From Oculina patagonica (lineage: Eukaryota): a stretch of 64,000 bases of DNA. Below are positions 47,401-64,000 of this stretch, piece after piece (position 1 is the first letter of the stretch; the number at the start of each line of letters is the position of its first letter). The notes beneath the pieces are model-generated. The model did no database searches. It had not been told where the DNA came from and was given only the letters and a program-made list of their open reading frames with translations. Both the position numbers and the translations under genes were made by a program. Location: positions 25,358,001 through 25,422,000 of the forward strand of contig NC_135759.1 of NCBI RefSeq assembly GCF_052425735.1. The letters run 5' to 3'.

Positions 47401-49021
47401 TGTGTATCGCGTCTTAATGCAAATTGACCTGTAGGGCGAGAAAAAAGCAATTTGACCAACGATGGCTAACCTTACTGGTCTGCATCGGCCAAATGACGTA
47501 AACTAGCCCCTCTTGTCGTTATCTTTGTTGTTACATCTCATCTGAATCCTTAAGTCTCCTCTGGGAGAATAGGGCCTTTACTCTACCCTGTCTTCCGCAG
47601 CATTAACCGCCTCTGCCCAGGTGGCAAAACCCATCTTCCGCCTCTCGCCCTCTACTTTTCTCCTCCATGTTTCCTTTGGACACCCCCTGCTCCTCCCTCC
47701 CCCCCAGTACCCATGTTAGCGCAATGCGCGGATTTTCTTGGTGGCCCATGCGCAATACATGGCCTATCCATCGCCACTTTCGCCTCCTTATCTGTTCAAT
47801 GATCGTGCAAGTCCCTGCCTGTCTTCCGACCTCCTCATTTGACACCCTCATTGGCCAGTATTCTTTGTTGTTACACTTGCAGGAAAATCAACATGTTTTT
47901 TTTTGTGTGTACTTGCAGCTTGCTCCAATAAAACTAAGTCGCTATGGCGAGGATTTGCTGTTTTATCTTTATTACACGAACGGAGGAGACATTCTTCAAC
48001 TGGCTGCCGCAGCGGAACTGTAAGTATCTTGTGCTAAGCCTTAGTTTTATTACATTGGGGTGTTATTTCTGATTTTCAACCAATTTAGCAAATAGCAGGC
48101 CAAAATAGCAAGCAAAAGAATTGACAGATGCCCTGAAAAAATAGGGACAAACAGCGGAGGCAGCCCTAGTGTTAAATATCCCTAGTTGTAGGGTATCAAA
48201 CGTAACCTCTTGGCAACCAAACTGTCAAAGTTTATGGCGTGTTAACTTCTGGTCTACCATACCAAACCATTGATCTCGTGTTGGTGTTAATCACAAAACA
48301 AACAAGCAACGGGGCAACAAGAGACCGACCGACGGAACGGACGAAAGATCGAACGAACGAGCGAGCGAACGAACGAGCGNNNNNNNNNNNNNNNNNNNNN
48401 NNNNNNNNNNNNNNNNNNNNNNNNNNNNNNNNNNNNNNNNNNNNNNNNNNNNNNNNNNNNNNNNNNNNNNNNNNNNNNNNNNNNNNNNNNNNNNNNNNNN
48501 NNNNNNNNNNNNNNNNNNNNNNNNNNNNNNNNNNNNNNNNNNNNNNNNNNNNNNNNCTCGGTCAACCTTGTCATTTCTAAGTGCTGCATGAAATAATGAA
48601 AGAGCTAAACAAGATCAAAACATTTGGCATTTTGGCACGATTTCTAACATGCCGTAAGATTTTGAAAGTTGGTTGTTTCCGCTTGTAATGTTCAGGTTTA
48701 GATGCAAACGACGATAGTCGTAAGCCCTTGTCACATTACGTTATGTGAGTTTGACATTGTGATCACGTGCGCAACCTGTCCTCTCAAACCTCATTGGTCT
48801 TTTGCCTTAGGTACGCACGTGACTGGCGGTATCACAAAGACGAAAGGTTATGGCTAACACGTGCTCCGGGCGTTGAACCTCAACTGAAAACGAGTTCGTA
48901 CGAACGTGGTACATACTACTTCTTTGACTGCAGTACGTGGAGGAAAGTGGCCAAGGAATTTCACCTGGAGTATGACAAACTGGAAGACAAACCCACGCTG
49001 CAATCCGTGTCTGCGCAATAA
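38555..49021 (+). CDS. CNOT2: CCR4-NOT transcription complex subunit 2, 22 coding exons, ~679 aa
   Basis: Exons (+): 38555-38601, 38730-38773, 39103-39242, 39967-40069, 40202-40269, 40672-40820, 41306-41443, 41960-42061, 42205-42283, 43193-43244, 43485-43538, 43909-44172, 45066-45112, 45244-45280, 45619-45676, 46126-46202, 46424-46541, 46665-46703, 46888-46949, 47260-47309, 47919-48019, 48811-49021, all phase-consistent. Motifs: SMFPPHRPEKE, LDLSEFPAL, FSIHNEDFPALPG, MVTDQFGMIGLLTFIRAAETEPNLVTLALGSDLTTLGLNLNS, and the NOT-box EDLLFYLYY...RDWRYHK...YERGTYYFFD...KEFHLEYDKLE. The first two exons and the low-complexity middle exons are less certain. Confidence 0.94.
39324..39816. mobile_element. 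Tc1/mariner-type MITE
   Basis: TIR ctgtaatgattcaattaagcgccc / gggcgctaaatcgaatcattacgg. TA TSD. Internal gggcgcttatt repeats. Confidence 0.8.
42360..43112 (+). mobile_element. Decayed tRNA-derived SINE (CORE-like body), split by a MITE
   Basis: gtgttcttggacaaacacttt body and ttcatgctacagga..ctttacct tail. Related pieces at ~6175-6280 and 63555-63860. Confidence 0.5.
42549..43003. mobile_element. Tc1/mariner-type MITE
   Basis: TIR ccttattacatgaaattttcgcgacac / gtgtcgcgaaagtttcatgtaataagg. TA TSD. Confidence 0.85.
44374..44769 (+). mobile_element. tRNA-derived SINE with a Deu/Nin-like central domain
   Basis: A box tagctcagttgg and B box ggttcgagtcc. Body ggataaggacgataaaccgtagg..ggacgtaaaagaaccc..aagagtaggg..cccggtgt. 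(gat)n tail. A second partial copy at 61056-61790. Confidence 0.85.
47560..47862 (-). mobile_element. RTE-type LINE 3' fragment
   Basis: YWPMRVSNEEV..IRRRKWRWIGHVLRM..NPRIALTW. Confidence 0.65.
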
Positions 49022-50408
49022 TATCTCTTGTATAGTTGTGTATTTGGGTTTAGGAGAGTAGAATGGCGTTCGTGACTTTGAGATTCTTCTGTACAATGTC
49101 TCTGTAATAATATGCTGGTCTTGTTAAAAATACTTGTAAAAAGCTATTCGAGATGTGAAATACCGAATATCATTAAAGAGACTTTTGAACAATTTGAGTT
49201 ATGTCATGGTCGCTGTCCTCAGAAAGGGAGTAACACTGAATTTTTATTTTGGGACACCCATCACATCCAAACGCCGGTCCCCAACCTTCTCTGATGAGCA
49301 GATCTGAACACTCAACTGCCCCCATACAGGGAGAACGCGTCCCGTAAGAGGATACCTCCCGCAATAGGACACTTAACTGAGCGATCGAGAAGATATCTTT
49401 ATAGTCAGTATAGAGTAGAGTATTCTATCTCTTGTGACGTGTGTCCGCTCTCCTCCCCCCAAAAAGAAACATCACAACCCTCCCCTCCGTTAATATATCG
49501 ACGAAACCAAGAAATAACCTTACACTCGCAGTATCTGCTTTACTTGAGTTTGAGGTAAAACGGGCTTTAGTGTATACAAACATGGACGATACAAAAGTCA
49601 CAGACTTAAGTTTGGACTATTTGAAAAACGGGTTGGGTTTTTTACCGAATGGTAATGAGGTTATGTCAGTCGCTCACTTACTCGCTAATTCACTCCATTC
49701 TGATATCAAACCGTAATTAATTTATGCATTAAACGTGCTGACAGAAAGGTCCTTTCAAACGCGACTCAGTCATGTCAATCAGAAATAATTTTTTCTCCAA
49801 CCTCGTTTCCAGGGTCTCTCTTACAGGAAACTTAGTTGTTTATTCACAAGAGAAATTTCCTATAAAGTGCGAAAGAGGATCAAAGATCATCGTCGTGACA
49901 CTTCATTCTGGTGGTAAAAAAGAATAGAACTCGCGCTACGAAGCTTCAGAGCACAAGCTATTTATGACCCATTCACGCAAGAAAACATTTAAAGGCAAAT
50001 GAAGTGAGATTGTGACATTACTTATAGCAGCTATAAGCTACATGCAGTTACGCTTGCCATGTGACGTGTTTTAGTTAACGTTTCAGCCCACTGAGAAACA
50101 CGACATCCACAGTGCACGTTTTTGTTTCGCGTCATGTCATCTCGTGTCACGTCATCCGTTTTTCATCTTTTTGAGTCCAGCAGAAACACAAAATGCTCGG
50201 GTACATCTTTCTTTCAAATTTCATCCGCTGCTCAAAAATAACGCTTTACGTGCTTTACAAAATGCTAAAGAGGATCAAAGGTAACACTTTATTTTGGTGG
50301 TGAAAAATAGAATTCGCGCTACGAAGCATGAGAGCACGAACCGTCAATGACGCCACTCCCATGGAAGAATTTTAAACTTTCAAAGGCTAATGAAGTGTGA
50401 ATGTTATA

Positions 50409-52371
50409 GAGGTGGGGGACCCCGGGTAGGTGAGGTAACCCGCCCAGCCGTGGTCGAAAATTAGCTCGCGTTTACATGCAATCTTATCACCCCAGGATCC
50501 CGGGGTGACCTTTTCACGAAGTTAGCACGTAAACAGACAAAATGGCTTCGTATATTATTTTCTCTTGTTCCTTTCAGTGGTTTCATAGACGCAATGACTG
50601 AACTTCGGAGCCGAATTCGTTTCTAGGACAATCGAAGGCAATACAATGACATATTTTCGTAAAGAGCATGCCAGGTCGGCCTCGAAATAAATTTCATTGA
50701 AGTCGCATATCGCATTTCGTTTTGTAATCTTTTATATTTACGGTTGATTTCTCTCATCTTGTGCTTTCGACCGATTAGTTGATTAGGCAAAGTATTAGAA
50801 GTCGAAGCAGTTGTCGAAGTCATTGTTGTTTATAGTCGAAGCGTGAGACTCGCCCGGGCCTACGCTAGATGCTTGATGCTTCACTTTCACTTTTAATTCT
50901 TCAAGTATCTTTCGCACTGTCGTTCGTTCCACATCGGGAAGATGAAGCTATAGGAAAAGCTCGCCGGGTTTGTAGCCGTAGGTAAGCCAAGCAGCCATAT
51001 CGCGTGTAGTTTGCATTTACCGATCTTTCAGATTGACCATGAGTCGACCCCGGGTAGGCGGGTTACCCCACCTTGAAACGTTTACATGGCAAAACATGAC
51101 CCCGGCTGGGAGGGTTACCCTACCCAGCAGACCGGGCAACCCGCCTAGGCGGGTTACCCAACCTATCATGTAAACGCGATCGAGTATAGCCCTCTGGGAG
51201 TGCCGTGACAGAGAGACGCCCGAGCAGGAGAACCAACAGCAAGATGACAGAAGCCGAGCGGACGCAACACACTGAACAACATGACCAGTGCCCACGCAAG
51301 AGAACGCTGGGTGACGTGAACGCAGCCGAGGAGACGCGAGGGGAGGACCCCCCGAGAGAAGGAGGAGGGGGTCCGAGCCGCGCGCCAGCACAACGAGCGG
51401 CGAGACGGACAGCCCGCACACTGAGAACGCGCGAGCACGAGCGAACGTGAGCGGAACGACGCAACAGAGAGGCCGCACACCACAGAGAGACCCACACGAG
51501 CACAGCACACGGACAGGGGGCACGACAACGACACGACCCGCAACGAGGGGGCAGACGACACCGACCACGCGAACACCCACCCCGAACACGCCGCGGCAAG
51601 GCACACAGAAGAACGCACCGACGAACCGAACCGCCCCCAGCACAGGAACAGCGGCACGCACCACGACGCCACAGGCGCCGGACCCCACGCGGAGGACACC
51701 ACCAGAAAGAAGGCGCGCACGAGCACGAACCCACAGCGGACACAGAAGAACCAAGAGAGGCGGGCCGCAGGGACAGGGACACGACACAGGCGGCACGAAC
51801 GGAAGACCGCGACGCCCCCCGGGGGCGGCCGCGGGAGGAGGGGGGGGGCCGGGCGGCGCGCAGGGACAGCGGCGGCCGAGCGCGGGGCGGGAGGGGACGG
51901 GAGGCAGGGCCGCGGCAGCGAGCGCAGGACGCCCCGACCCCCGGAGCACACGAGGAGGGAGGGGGGGACGCGAGGGCGACAGACGGGAGGGGGGGCGCGA
52001 ACACGCAAGGAGGGGCCGGGGCACGCAACGGGAGCGAGCAGCGGAGCCGCACGCCCACGACACGCGCGCAGAGAGCGCGAGGCGCGCGAGGGCGCGGGGA
52101 GGGCAGCAGGAGGGAAGGACGGCGGGGCGGCAGACAGCCGCGAGGACGACAGCGGCCGACAGCCACAAACCACACGGAAAGCGCAGGCGACGGAGAGGGG
52201 GAGCCGCGGAAACGGGGGAACGCGGCCCACAGCGGAGGCGCCCGACGGGGACACGGGACGACACGAGACAAAAATGAGAGTTTATATGGACAAGCAGGGA
52301 CAGGTGGGTTACCCCACCTAGGCGGGTTACCTCACCTACCCGGGGTCCCCCACCTCCATGTAAACAGGCCC
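50409..52371. mobile_element. PIF/Harbinger-type MITE interrupted by an anomalous T-free tract
   Basis: Inverted ends gaggtgggggaccccgggtaggtgaggtaacccgcc / ggcgggttacctcacctacccggggtcccccacctc-catgtaaacaggccc. Internal gggttaccc repeats. Confidence 0.75.
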
Positions 52372-53764
52372 CAAGCACCATGAGGTTGCTCGAAGAGCCT
52401 TTGATTATAAACTAGGTTTTGATTGCATGGAAATTGAACCATTTTTTTTGTTTGTTTTTTATTCAGTCCACACTTCCTTGGGGCAGGGGGGCGGGGGGGT
52501 GCGCTTCTCTCCAAAAAAGGGGAGGGGGGTTGTGCTGCCGGACCTTAGAAACTCCTGCCTTGTTCCAGACCATTAAATACTATTTTTGTGATCCTACTCC
52601 GGACTTAAATGAATGATTAAATTTTTAAAACTTTCCGTTTCATTTAAATACGGCTTTTAGTCTGGCTTTGGGTAACCACTGGCCTCCCAGTGATTTCTGG
52701 AATTTTCCAAACGTGCGGGTGAGGGTCTGGTATCTAACTTGTTTCCAGGACTCAACGCGCGTCATCTCTCATTTGGTTACTGTCAAAGTTTACTAAAGTT
52801 TGCAGGCTTCTCTATGAATTTATTTCCAGGTTTATTTAATATTTTATGGACCAAAGCTTACACGAAGAAGGAGCAATGAAAACGACCGCTGTTCCCTTCT
52901 CCTTAAGGACGAAACTTTGTCAAGGTACGTGCAGTCTGGTTGGTCAAATAAGGGAAAGTTTGTAGACGAAGCACTCGCCGACGACAACCTCACTGATTTT
53001 ATTTCAAGCCGATTATAGCAGCGTTTTTTGCTTATCTTATCTTGAATATTGAACTATTTATTAAAATGCACCCGGTGAGTCTAGTCGAGCGCGATTTATG
53101 CTTAATTAGAGAGCAAAAATATAGTCGTTAATTTCAGCGCGTTCTTCTTTTGACTTTTCGTCCCGGCGCGGCCATTAGGCTTCAAGGGCACTGAATCAAA
53201 CACTTTTAAAGTGTCTTTGCCATGACCTTGCAGAGCTTAGTGTGTATTTCAATCGAGACTACATTCTGCGGTTTTAGCAATACGCTTCATATCATTCTTA
53301 TAGAGCACGAACTTTGTTTCTCAGCTCAAACATTGAGCAAGGAAGCCGGAAAGGGTTTTCAGGTCACCCGTTGAGTTACGCAAATTGGTGTAGTGAAGTC
53401 GGCGAAAACGAGTTGGGTAAACGGAGCAACTTTTAAAACTTTGCACTAACGAGGCTACCAATTTGCTGCGCATAATCGCTGTTAAAATGACCGACTTTAA
53501 ACATCTTTCCCTGTTGCGCAGGCCGCTTATTTGGGACCTCTAGCTTGTCTTGGGATATTTTAATTTGTGCGAGTCTAATGATATTGAATAGTTATTCACA
53601 GCTTGAAAAGTCGAGCTGCATATCAACATTGATCCTACATAGTTAATTATGCATTTGTAATAAACCAAAACTTGTGTGTATTTTTTCTTTTCGCCGGCTT
53701 CATTGCAAATTGATTTTATTTTCGTTTCTTCTAGGCAAAATATCCTCACATCATGAAAACATAA

Positions 53765-63958
<10,194 letters not shown>

Positions 63959-64000
63959 GTATGTGTATTTTTCCTGTTGGTTTACAGTCATCTACTGGAG

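Noticed and set aside
51017-52381. Long ORFs of 276-454 aa on both strands
   Set aside because: They follow automatically from the T-free tract and have low-complexity translations with no domain motifs.

Overview
AT-rich, intron-rich animal genomic DNA with three N-gaps. The repeat families suggest an anthozoan such as a stony coral (inference). Three host genes were rebuilt exon by exon with GT-AG sites and consistent phases. They are CPT1 (- strand, 28 coding exons, ~763 aa), CNOT2 (+, 22 coding exons, ~679 aa, head-to-head with CPT1) and STK33 (+, runs off the right end). Mobile DNA is abundant: a decayed Crypton tyrosine-recombinase element, a very young Ngaro-type DIRS retrotransposon with an internally deleted recombinase, Penelope-like elements (PLEs), Harbinger/mariner/Kolobok/hAT-type MITEs, SINEs and LINE remnants. 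The most interesting signals are: (i) seven hammerhead-ribozyme-like motifs, one with a fully canonical core and two arranged as inverted pairs inside CPT1 introns; (ii) a shared 'short IR + third motif copy + terminal hairpin' architecture linking the Crypton to sequence-unrelated non-coding elements; (iii) target-templated filler DNA at a PLE inversion junction; and (iv) an 826-nt tract with no T, most likely an assembly artefact. I found nothing I can confidently call a wholly new biological system.
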